Source: a virus (Duplodnaviria > Caudoviricetes). Taken from it: 61,851 bases of DNA. The notes beneath the pieces were generated by a model, which was given only the letters and a program-made list of their open reading frames with translations, had not been told where the DNA came from and searched no databases. Each line of letters starts with the position of its first letter. Positions within the stretch are counted from its first letter, which is position 1. Shown here one piece after another: positions 1-7,849 of this stretch. The stretch spans positions 1 through 61,851 of the IMG/VR virus record IMGVR_UViG_3300048597_000294. One strand, given 5' to 3'. The translations under genes were made by a program, and so were the position numbers.

Positions 1-60
1 CTGATCGGCATGACGGTCGGGGAGGGGGATCCCCAGGTCGTCATGGGGATGGAGCTGCTC
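1..60. repeat. Terminal direct repeat, left copy (circular overlap)
   Basis: Identical to 61792-61851 except T/G at repeat positions 30 and 56. Confidence 0.95.
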
Positions 61-144
61 GAGGGCGGCATCTTCACCGTGGACCACATCCATGCGGTGT
101 GGGACTGGCGGTACGTCGCGCCGGATGGCCCGGGGCCGGAGTAG
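1..144 (+). CDS. Retropepsin-like protein, 3' part
   Basis: LIGMTVGEGDPQVVMGMELLEGGIFTVDH...PE*; VVMGMELL matches the C-terminal hhGxdhL motif; TAG at 142-144. Confidence 0.6.
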   Translation: MIGMTVGEGDPQVVMGMELLEGGIFTVDHIHAVWDWRYVAPDGPGPE

Positions 145-148
145 GGCG

Positions 149-307
149 TCAGCTCGCCCGATTCTTCTTCCACCGCGCGGCCGAGGCCTTGCGCGAGATC
201 TCCAAGCGGCGCTCGGGCGACAGCTTCGCGGCGCGCGCGAGCCCGCCCTTCAAGCCGCCGAGACGGCCGAGCGCGACGGCGGCGGGGTTCTTCTTCGTGG
301 TGGTCAT
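149..307 (-). CDS. 52-aa basic KGG-motif protein (not in ORF track)
   Basis: MTTTKKNPAAVALGRLGGLKGGLARAAKLSPERRLEISRKASAARWKKNRAS; ATG overlaps the stop of 304-999. Confidence 0.8.
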   Translation of the reverse strand: MTTTKKNPAAVALGRLGGLKGGLARAAKLSPERRLEISRKASAARWKKNRAS

Positions 308-999
308 GCCTGGGCCTGCGCCATAGTGACTGTGCCGTCCTCAGCCAGTTCGAACTCTTCGAGGTACACCGACTGCCGATCGATGACGTCCTTTCCGAAC
401 TCCGTCAGGTAAAACCGGTCTCCTTCGCGGCGCACGAGGTGCAGCATCGACAACTCGGCAAGGAACCCCAGGAGAGCCGCCTCGTTGTCCTGCTTCCGGG
501 CCCGTCGGCCATTGACGTACACGTCGCGCAAGAGCTTCGAGCACTCTTCGAGGGTGACTCCAACGGCGAGGTTCAACCGCAACTGAAAGAGGGCCTCGAG
601 CGCAGTCCCCGCCCCGTGCTCGTCAGGAGGATTCTCGAGCAACTGGGTGCGCAAGAGGCGACTCACGACTCGCGTGTGTTGGTCGTCGAATGGAGGCATG
701 AGCTTCTCGGCATCGCGGCGCCAGAGGTGCGGACCGATCAGGAAGCCGATCAGCCAGACGGTGACTCCGATCGCAGTAGCAACGCCCATTGCAGCTAGAG
801 TTTGCACGAGTGCAGGGTCCTCTTTTCTGACGACGACGGTGAGGACGGCTGAGCCAACCTCGACGGCCCAGAACCACGCCGAATCACGCTGGCGCTTGAA
901 GAACTGCCAGGGGCGGTGCCACCAAGGCTCTCGACGGAGCGCTGCAACGGTGTCGTAGTACGAGGGCTTGGAAGGCGAGCGTTCGTGGGAAGAGTGCAT
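304..999 (-). CDS. Membrane protein (1-2 TM) with C-terminal winged-helix-like end; possible superinfection exclusion/moron
   Basis: Hydrophobic segments then LVRREGDRFYLTEFGKDVI wing-like motif; has its own promoter. Confidence 0.6.
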   Translation of the reverse strand: MHSSHERSPSKPSYYDTVAALRREPWWHRPWQFFKRQRDSAWFWAVEVGSAVLTVVVRKEDPALVQTLAAMGVATAIGVTVWLIGFLIGPHLWRRDAEKLMPPFDDQHTRVVSRLLRTQLLENPPDEHGAGTALEALFQLRLNLAVGVTLEECSKLLRDVYVNGRRARKQDNEAALLGFLAELSMLHLVRREGDRFYLTEFGKDVIDRQSVYLEEFELAEDGTVTMAQAQA

Positions 1000-1005
1000 C
1001 CCGCC

Positions 1006-1033
1006 ACGCTACCGGCGCCCCTTGCCCGGTCAA
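1006..1033 (-). promoter_or_regulatory. Sigma70-like promoter, leaderless, for 304-999
   Basis: TTGACC-16 nt-TAGCGT-6 nt-ATG on the minus strand. Confidence 0.6.
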
Positions 1034-1115
1034 GGAAGCCACCCGAAGGCGATCCGCCCTTGACTTGACCGCGACCCGGAAGTGCGTGCGCCGTGCTCAT
1101 CCGTGTGCGCTCTAG

Positions 1116-1146
1116 GATACCAAGCGCTTCGTATCAGTGATAACTT
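1116..1146 (+). promoter_or_regulatory. Palindromic operator-like site plus extended -10 promoter, leaderless, for 1153
   Basis: GATAC-C-AAGCGCTT-C-GTATC (1116-1135); TGaTAACTT (1138-1146) ends 6 nt before ATG 1153. Confidence 0.55.
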
Positions 1147-1152
1147 CGCGGC

Positions 1153-1479
1153 ATGAAGACGAGTCTGACGCCTGCGCAACGTCGTGCCGCATTCCTCCGT
1201 GGCGCGGAGTCTGGTTGTCGATCGGCTGGCCCGCTCGCGCTCGCAACGGCTGCGTGGTTCGCGATGGACGCGAACGCTCCCGTGTGGTTCCGCGTGCTCT
1301 TCGGTGTCGCGGCCGCGCTGCTCGTGGTCGTGCTGACGGTCTACGTGTGGCGCGCGGAGGAGCGCGCGGGTGCTGACCCGTTCGCGATCACGCGGTTCGA
1401 CCCGACGATGGACGAAAAGGGTCCGATCGGTTCTGGCTGGCGTCGCATCCACGGGTCGAGTGCACGGCCGCCCCCGTGA
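1153..1479 (+). CDS. Small 2-TM membrane protein
   Basis: Two hydrophobic helices (PLALATAAWFAM; WFRVLFGVAAALLVVVLTVYVW). Confidence 0.65.
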   Translation: MKTSLTPAQRRAAFLRGAESGCRSAGPLALATAAWFAMDANAPVWFRVLFGVAAALLVVVLTVYVWRAEERAGADPFAITRFDPTMDEKGPIGSGWRRIHGSSARPPP

Positions 1480-1564
1480 TCACACCCCCGTCGCGCTCTC
1501 GGTCGACGGTTTCGTCAGAATGCCCCGCTCCCGGTAGAGTAGGAAGCCGCAAAGGAGCCTCCCC

Positions 1565-2005
1565 ATGGACAGATTGCTCGCGTTCGTTCTCGCACTCGTG
1601 GCTGTGGCCGCGTCGTCGTGCACTGCGTTCAACCCTCAGGCGCGTCTAGCTGCCGTTGACCCTGCGGAAATCGCGTCGGCGCCGATCGGAGACGAGCCTA
1701 ATCTGGAGTCGTTCAAGCAACAGATCGAGGAGCAGGTTCGCTTGCGGCTCCGCGATCCCGACTCCGCCAGGTTTCGCTGGACCAAGAAGTTCTGGCGTGA
1801 GCCCTACATCTACAGTCCCACGGACACGGTGCGCATCGGCTGGCGCACCGACTTCTTCGTCAACTCCAAGAACGGGTTCGGTGGGTACGGCGGAGAGCTG
1901 CGCTGGGCGGCAGTCGTCGTAGATGGAACCCTGATCGCGATCGGCGTCCCTCCCGACTATGGTGGCCGCCCCAACGGTGAGCCCTACTTCGGGCCGCTGA
2001 AGTAG
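1565..2005 (+). CDS. Lipoprotein (moron-type)
   Basis: AAGGAG RBS, signal peptide with lipobox-like AASSC, LRDPDSARF and VNSKNGFGGYGG motifs common in phage/bacterial lipoproteins. Confidence 0.8.
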   Translation: MDRLLAFVLALVAVAASSCTAFNPQARLAAVDPAEIASAPIGDEPNLESFKQQIEEQVRLRLRDPDSARFRWTKKFWREPYIYSPTDTVRIGWRTDFFVNSKNGFGGYGGELRWAAVVVDGTLIAIGVPPDYGGRPNGEPYFGPLK

Positions 2006-2018
2006 AAGTCCGCGCTCC

Positions 2019-2058
2019 GTCCTACAACGGCCACTGACCGCGCGCGCCGCGGCAGACT
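2019..2058 (+). promoter_or_regulatory. Putative late promoter (GTCCTACAACG box plus -10 CAGACT)
   Basis: Same box and spacing recur at 18243, 51165 and 53634. Confidence 0.6.
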
Positions 2059-2091
2059 CCCGTCTCCATCCCGTCACCAGGAGACCAGGAC

Positions 2092-2517
2092 ATGGCCAAG
2101 GCTTCGCCGTTCAAGCGCAACCCGCGCATCGAGTACGTCCCCAAGTGCGACCGTGAGCTTCCGCCCGAGCAGCGGACCACGTTCCACCTCTCGCAATTCG
2201 ACCTCTTCGACGACCTCGCCGTCGCGTCCGAGGTGGCCGCATCGAGTGGCGCCGACGTCACCGAAGGCGTCGAGCAGGTCGTCAATGCCGTGCGACGCGT
2301 GAATCCGGCGACCTACATGCGCGCCGTGCTCGAGCACGGGCTGAAGGGCTGGGACAACTTCCAGATGCCCGACGGTAGCCCGGCCGTGTTCAAGTCGAAC
2401 CCCGACGGCACCGCGTCACTGGAGTCCCTGAACCTGCTGGGCTCGCTGGCGTCCGAGATCTTCGCGGAGATCCTCGAGGCGAACCGCGTGTCGCGCGAGC
2501 AGGTGGGAAAACCCTAG
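2092..2517 (+). CDS. Tail assembly chaperone (gpG-like)
   Basis: Immediately upstream of TMP; LKGWDNF motif; ends in slippery G GGA AAA. Confidence 0.8.
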   Translation: MAKASPFKRNPRIEYVPKCDRELPPEQRTTFHLSQFDLFDDLAVASEVAASSGADVTEGVEQVVNAVRRVNPATYMRAVLEHGLKGWDNFQMPDGSPAVFKSNPDGTASLESLNLLGSLASEIFAEILEANRVSREQVGKP

Positions 2518-2891
2518 CGGCGACGCACGCGGCCTACGGGCTCCAGAAGGCCCGATGCCCCGATTGCCGGCGGGACCCGCGTCGCCGTCTCGCCTGGGGC
2601 TGTGACAAGCCGGCCCCGCAGCCCGTGTGGACGGGCACCTGCCCCGCGTGCATGCGCGGGGATCTGTCGTGCCCCGAATGCCAGGGCCGCGGGGAGGTCG
2701 TGCACTTCCGTTGTCCCGCCAGCATGACCGATGCGGAGGGGCGCGCGGCCGTGCGCGGCTACGCCCACGCGTCCTACGGATCACCACCTGACGAGGGAGG
2801 TTGGGCACAACAGAACGCCATGGGCGCCGCGCTGATCGACGTGGTGGCCTTCGAGGTCGCGGTGATTCGCGACGCGGACTCCGAGGACTGA
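2505..2891 (+). CDS. -1 frameshift extension of tail chaperone (gpGT-like), Cys-rich
   Basis: G GGA AAA at 2505-2511; -1 frame is open to TGA 2891, 3 nt before the TMP ATG. Confidence 0.75.
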   Translation, partial: GKTLAATHAAYGLQKARCPDCRRDPRRRLAWGCDKPAPQPVWTGTCPACMRGDLSCPECQGRGEVVHFRCPASMTDAEGRAAVRGYAHASYGSPPDEGGWAQQNAMGAALIDVVAFEVAVIRDADSED

Positions 2892-2894
2892 CGC

Positions 2895-5800
2895 ATGGCC
2901 ACCGCCCAAACCGACCTGAACATCATCGCGCGGCTCGTCGACGAGGTCTCCGGCCCGCTCGCGAAGCTCCGCGCGAACATCCAGGCCCTGGGAACGGCCA
3001 AGGTCGGTGACGTCGGGGAACTCGCGAAGCTGCGCGTGCAGTCCGAGGACGCGGCGAAGGCCATCGAGGAGATCGCCGTCAAGGCGGCGCCCGCGCTCGC
3101 GGTCGTGCAGCAGTCGGCGCAACGTGTTGAGCAGGAGCTGGCCACGATCACGACCGCGGCCACGACCGCCGCTGCCGCGCAGGCCGAGGCGGATCGGCTG
3201 CTCGCCGACCTCGAACAGACCAGCGTCGGACGGCTGCAACGCGAGCGCGCGGAGGCCGCCGCGTCGGTCGAGACGATCAAGGCGCGCGTCGATGCGCTGA
3301 AGCTCGAAGGCGCGCAGGTCGACAAGCTGAAGGAGGCCGCTGCGCGGTTCCAGCAGGACCTCACGCTGCGCGTGGACACGCGTGCCGCGCAGGAGGCGCT
3401 CGAGCTCGAGGCGCGCACGGAGCAGATCCGCACGACCGTGCTCTCGCGCGAGCGCGAGCTGGCACGCCTGCGCGGCCAGACCGCCAACGTCGCCAAGCTC
3501 GACGCCGCGATCGCCGACCAGGCCGCGCGCGCACTGGACGCCGCCGCCAACCGCCAGATCGCCGCGCTGCGCGAGCAGTACCGAGGGCGCGCGGACCTCA
3601 ACGCCCTGCTCGACGAGGCGACCAAAAAGCTGCGCGAGCAGGTGGAACTCGACAAGCGCATCGTCCGCGCGACGTCGTCGACCGCCACGGGACGAGGAGC
3701 GAACATCCAGGCCGCCGGCGCGGGCCTGAGCCAAGCCGCGCAGGGCCTGTCCATCTTCGGCGCGAACGGCGCGGCGCGCATCGCGCAGACCGGATCGGCG
3801 CTCTCGAGCATCTCGACCGAACTCAGCGGGATCGGGGCAGCGGCGACGGGCGCCGGCATCGCGCTGGGTGCCGCCGCTGCCGGGGTCATCGCCGTGGGGG
3901 CGGCCTCCGCTGGCCTCGTCGCCGCCGCGCGCTCGGCCGCGTCGTTCGACGAGGAGTTCTCGCGCCTGCCCGGCGTGATCAAGCTCTCGCGCGAGGAGGC
4001 GAAGGAACTCCGCGCGCAGATCTTCGATCTCTCGCGCACGTTCGACCTCGATGCCACGGCCACCGCCAATGCCTACTTCACGGCGTTCGCCGAGGGCGCG
4101 CGCAACGCCGCCGAGGCGACGGAGCTCGTGGTCGCGGCCTCGAAGCTCGAAGCGGCGGGCCTCGCGACGCAGCAGCAAGCCATCCAGGCTGTCAGCGACG
4201 CCTACGACACGTTTGGCGCGAGCATCGGCAGCGCGACCGAGGTCACGGCCAAGCTCAACGCGACCGCCCTCGCCGCGGGCCTGCCGCTCCAGGTCGTCGC
4301 CAACAACATCGGCGCGCTCGGCCGTTCCGCGAAGCTGATCAACGCCGACTTCGAGGAGACGCTGGGCCTCTTCGCGCAACTCAAGAACGATGGCGCCAAG
4401 CCGCGCCAGGCCGTGTCCGAGATCGATGCCGCGTTCCGCGCGCTGGCCGATCCGTCGGTGCGCCAAGCCTTGGCGCGCAACGGCGTGATCATCTCCGACT
4501 ACTCGATCCAATCGAAGGGCGCCACGTCCGCCCTGCGCGAGATCGGCAAGGTGATCGGCACGAATCGCGACGCGCTCGCGGCCGTGAGCCCGGAACTGGC
4601 GCGCGCGCAGGGCGCCATCCGCACGGTGACCGGCAGCGCGCAGAAGCTCGCGGAGACCACGGCCTCGATCCAGGTCGGCAAGGACATCGACCTCTCGCGA
4701 CTCCAGGAGTCGTTCAAGGTCATCGAGGGTGCGGCCAACAGCCTGAAGTCGGTCCTCGTCGAGGTGTTCGGCCCGATCGTCCTTGACTCGCTGGCGACGA
4801 TGATCAGGTCGCTTCGCGAGAACGAGGGGCTGGTGCGCGCCGTCGCTACCGCGATCGCCGTCGCCGCCGTCGCGACCAAGCTCTGGTTCGACTACCTCGA
4901 ACTCGTGGTCGAGAAGCTCAAGTTCCTCAACCCCGCGTACTACGCCGGGTCGCTGATCCAGAAGCTGCTCCCGGACGGTTCGAAGGAGACCATCAAGGGG
5001 GTTGCCGGCGCAGCGGGCGAGGCGAAGACGATCTTCGATCAGTTCACCGAGGCCTTCAACACCGCCCAACGCGCGCTGTCACAGCCCAAGACTTCGCCTG
5101 CGCTGAAGGAGACGGTCGAGAAGGTCAGGGAGCTGCGCGAAATCGCCGCGATCGACATCAACGGCCTGCTGCGTGTTGGCGATCTCGACCAAGCGCAGAA
5201 GCGCGCTGACGAGCTTCTCGCGACGTTCAACGAACTGCGAAAGACGTCCATCCTGCCGTCCGACATTGAGCAGACGCAGGCCGACGTGCTGGTCTCAGCG
5301 GTCAAGCGCTCCGTCGCGAACGCCCGCAGCTACCTGTCCGGAGAGATCAAGCAGCTCATCACGGACGGGGACTTCGAAAAGGCGACGGCGGCGGCTGCCC
5401 GGTTCGGGAAGACCCTTGAGGGCCTGATCGGCCGCGTCACCGTCGACCCCGAGGCCAATCGTGCGTTCGTCGAAGCCACCGAGCTCCTAAACGAGGCGAT
5501 CCTCGCTGCCGGCAATCCGATCGTCCAGATTGGAACCGACATCAGCCAAGTGATGGCGGCTGCCGGCAAGGACGTCAACTCCTTGTCCATCAACGTGACG
5601 CGCCTTCAGGGCGTGCTCGGCCAGACGCCCGCGAGCATCTTCGCGCAGACCGACATCCAGCGAGAGCTGGACCGCGTCTTCGCGACGCTGACCAAGGAGG
5701 TCCCGCCACCGCTCAAGATCCCGCTGGAGATCGAGCCGGACCAGGCTGTGAACGACGCGCTCGCGACCGTGCGACGCCTGTCCCAAGAGGCCACGCAGGA

Positions 5801-7598
5801 CGGCATCGTCAAGATCGAGCTGCTCGAGCCGAACAAGAAGGCCGAGTTCGACCGCGCGCTCGAGGTCGTGCGCCGCTTCGCCGCCTCGTTGAAGGAGGTG
5901 TCCGCGATCAAGGGCGACGTCTCCCTGTCGCTCAAGAACGTGAAGCTCGACGACGCGGACATCCGCCGCACGTTCGACGCGTTGCGCACGCGCATCGAGG
6001 CGTCCGTGGTACCCGTCGAGGTCAAGGCGCGTCTCACGCTCGAGGCGAACCAGGCTGAAGCCGACGCGCTCAAGGCCGCGGGCCTCGCGCGCGTGCAAGC
6101 CGAGGTCGAGAAGTGGCGCAACGTCACGCGCGAGATCGCCCAGCAACGCGTGCGCGTCACGCAGGCATCGATCCAGGCCGCGCGCGAGGTGCGCGAGATC
6201 CTCTCGGGGTTCGGCGCGGACATCAGCCGGCAAGCCGTGTCGGCGCAGGACTCGATCCGGCAGGCCGTGGCGAAGGCGTCCGACGACCTCGTCGCGTCGT
6301 TCCTGCGCGCGCCGAGCTTCAACCCGGGTCCGGTTCTCCGCGCGCTCGCCGAAGTGCAGGAGGCGGGTCGCCAGGCCATCGCGCGCGCCGGGCTCCAGTC
6401 GTTCCAGGACGACCTCATCGAACTGCGCTCGGCTCAGATCGGCCTCTTCGATCCGTTCAGCAACTCGCTCGCACAGGTGCAACTCGAGCTGGACCGCACG
6501 CGGGTCGGCATCGAGCGGATGCTGGAGGCGAGCCCGGAGAAGACCGACCTCGCGCAGCAACTCAAGGAGGCCGCGGAGAAGCGAGCGGACGCCGAGCGTG
6601 GCCGTATCGCGGTCGAGTTCGCGCTGCGACCCAAGATCGAGTTCGACCAACTGCTCGTGCAGGCGGAGATCGCGCGCAAGCTGAAGCCGGACATCGACGA
6701 ACTCGCCGAGGGTGTGCGCATTCTCCTGTCCGGTGATCCGTTGCCTGACGGCCTCGCCAAGCGCATCGACGAGCTGCGCGAGAAGGTGCGCGCGCTCCAA
6801 CGTCAGGCGGACGAGACGGCTGAGCGCTTCCGCTTGGGGTTCGGCGAAGGCCTCCAACAGGCCATCGACGACCTCAACAACAAGTACCGCCAGGGCTTCA
6901 CGCTCGCGCAGGACGCGGTCAGCGCGCTCACCGACAACTTCGCGGACTTCATCTACAAGCTCGGGCAGGGGAAGGCCTCGTTCAAGGACTTCGCCAACAG
7001 CGTGCTCCAGGACATCCAGCGCATCCTCTCGCGCAACCTCGCGGAGAACCTGCTGGGGAACCTCCTCGGCTTCTTCACGGGCGGCGCCAACGTCCTCGGT
7101 GGACTGGCCCCGGCATCTGCGTCCGCGGCGGTGGTGCCCGGTCTCGGATCCACGTTCTACGGAACCGGATTCGAGCGCGGCGGGGTGATGGCTGGCCAGA
7201 TGCTCTCGCCGCGCGGCATCGAGGCCTACGGCGCCTTCACCCGCTCGTTCGAGAAGGGCGGGATCATGCCGGGCGGGATGATGCCCGTTCGCGCGTACGC
7301 ATCCGGCGGCGTCGCGACGTCTCCGCAGATGGCGATCTTCGCCGAGCGCCCGGGCATGGCCGAGGCGTTCGTCCCGTTGCCCGGCGTGGGGCGCGGCATC
7401 CCGGTGGAGTTCCCCCGCGGCGCACCTGGCGGCGGCGGGAACACCGTGCACGTGTCCATCCACATGAGCGCGATCGACTCGCGCTCCGGTGCCGAGTTCC
7501 TCCAACAGCACGCGCGCGAGATCGGTGACCTCGTGCAGGGCCAGATCTCCAGCGGATCGAACAACCGCCTGCGCCGGAGCGTTGGGGGGCAGCGATGA
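2895..7598 (+). CDS. Tape measure protein
   Basis: 1567 aa, Ala-rich helical; TP901-like core; C-terminal YASGG..FAE..EAFVPL motif. Confidence 0.92.
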   Translation: MATAQTDLNIIARLVDEVSGPLAKLRANIQALGTAKVGDVGELAKLRVQSEDAAKAIEEIAVKAAPALAVVQQSAQRVEQELATITTAATTAAAAQAEADRLLADLEQTSVGRLQRERAEAAASVETIKARVDALKLEGAQVDKLKEAAARFQQDLTLRVDTRAAQEALELEARTEQIRTTVLSRERELARLRGQTANVAKLDAAIADQAARALDAAANRQIAALREQYRGRADLNALLDEATKKLREQVELDKRIVRATSSTATGRGANIQAAGAGLSQAAQGLSIFGANGAARIAQTGSALSSISTELSGIGAAATGAGIALGAAAAGVIAVGAASAGLVAAARSAASFDEEFSRLPGVIKLSREEAKELRAQIFDLSRTFDLDATATANAYFTAFAEGARNAAEATELVVAASKLEAAGLATQQQAIQAVSDAYDTFGASIGSATEVTAKLNATALAAGLPLQVVANNIGALGRSAKLINADFEETLGLFAQLKNDGAKPRQAVSEIDAAFRALADPSVRQALARNGVIISDYSIQSKGATSALREIGKVIGTNRDALAAVSPELARAQGAIRTVTGSAQKLAETTASIQVGKDIDLSRLQESFKVIEGAANSLKSVLVEVFGPIVLDSLATMIRSLRENEGLVRAVATAIAVAAVATKLWFDYLELVVEKLKFLNPAYYAGSLIQKLLPDGSKETIKGVAGAAGEAKTIFDQFTEAFNTAQRALSQPKTSPALKETVEKVRELREIAAIDINGLLRVGDLDQAQKRADELLATFNELRKTSILPSDIEQTQADVLVSAVKRSVANARSYLSGEIKQLITDGDFEKATAAAARFGKTLEGLIGRVTVDPEANRAFVEATELLNEAILAAGNPIVQIGTDISQVMAAAGKDVNSLSINVTRLQGVLGQTPASIFAQTDIQRELDRVFATLTKEVPPPLKIPLEIEPDQAVNDALATVRRLSQEATQDGIVKIELLEPNKKAEFDRALEVVRRFAASLKEVSAIKGDVSLSLKNVKLDDADIRRTFDALRTRIEASVVPVEVKARLTLEANQAEADALKAAGLARVQAEVEKWRNVTREIAQQRVRVTQASIQAAREVREILSGFGADISRQAVSAQDSIRQAVAKASDDLVASFLRAPSFNPGPVLRALAEVQEAGRQAIARAGLQSFQDDLIELRSAQIGLFDPFSNSLAQVQLELDRTRVGIERMLEASPEKTDLAQQLKEAAEKRADAERGRIAVEFALRPKIEFDQLLVQAEIARKLKPDIDELAEGVRILLSGDPLPDGLAKRIDELREKVRALQRQADETAERFRLGFGEGLQQAIDDLNNKYRQGFTLAQDAVSALTDNFADFIYKLGQGKASFKDFANSVLQDIQRILSRNLAENLLGNLLGFFTGGANVLGGLAPASASAAVVPGLGSTFYGTGFERGGVMAGQMLSPRGIEAYGAFTRSFEKGGIMPGGMMPVRAYASGGVATSPQMAIFAERPGMAEAFVPLPGVGRGIPVEFPRGAPGGGGNTVHVSIHMSAIDSRSGAEFLQQHAREIGDLVQGQISSGSNNRLRRSVGGQR

Positions 7599-7849
7599 GC
7601 GACACGACCGACATGCGTGACCAAGCGGCCGTCCTGAACGGCGGGCCGATGGACGGACTGCTCGTGGCGAACCGCGGGCGCCCGATGGCGGTGGTCCGGC
7701 AGGGCGCATTCGGCGGCGGCGAGCCGCTGTGGTGGCTCTACGTGCCGACGCAGGGCGAGACGGAGCGCGACGTCGAGGGACAGGGGCGCACGCGCGTCGC
7801 GGTGCTCGCGTACCACGGCCCGATCGAGGTGGGGGCCTACGTGGGATGA
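7595..7849 (+). CDS. Hypothetical protein
   Basis: ATGA-coupled to both neighbours; LNGGPMDG motif. Confidence 0.6.
   Translation: MSDTTDMRDQAAVLNGGPMDGLLVANRGRPMAVVRQGAFGGGEPLWWLYVPTQGETERDVEGQGRTRVAVLAYHGPIEVGAYVG

Noticed and set aside
1-60. Terminal repeat as biological DTR or attL/attR
   Set aside because: It falls mid-gene in frame, and the true attP is internal at 37306. It is best explained as circular assembly overlap with end errors.
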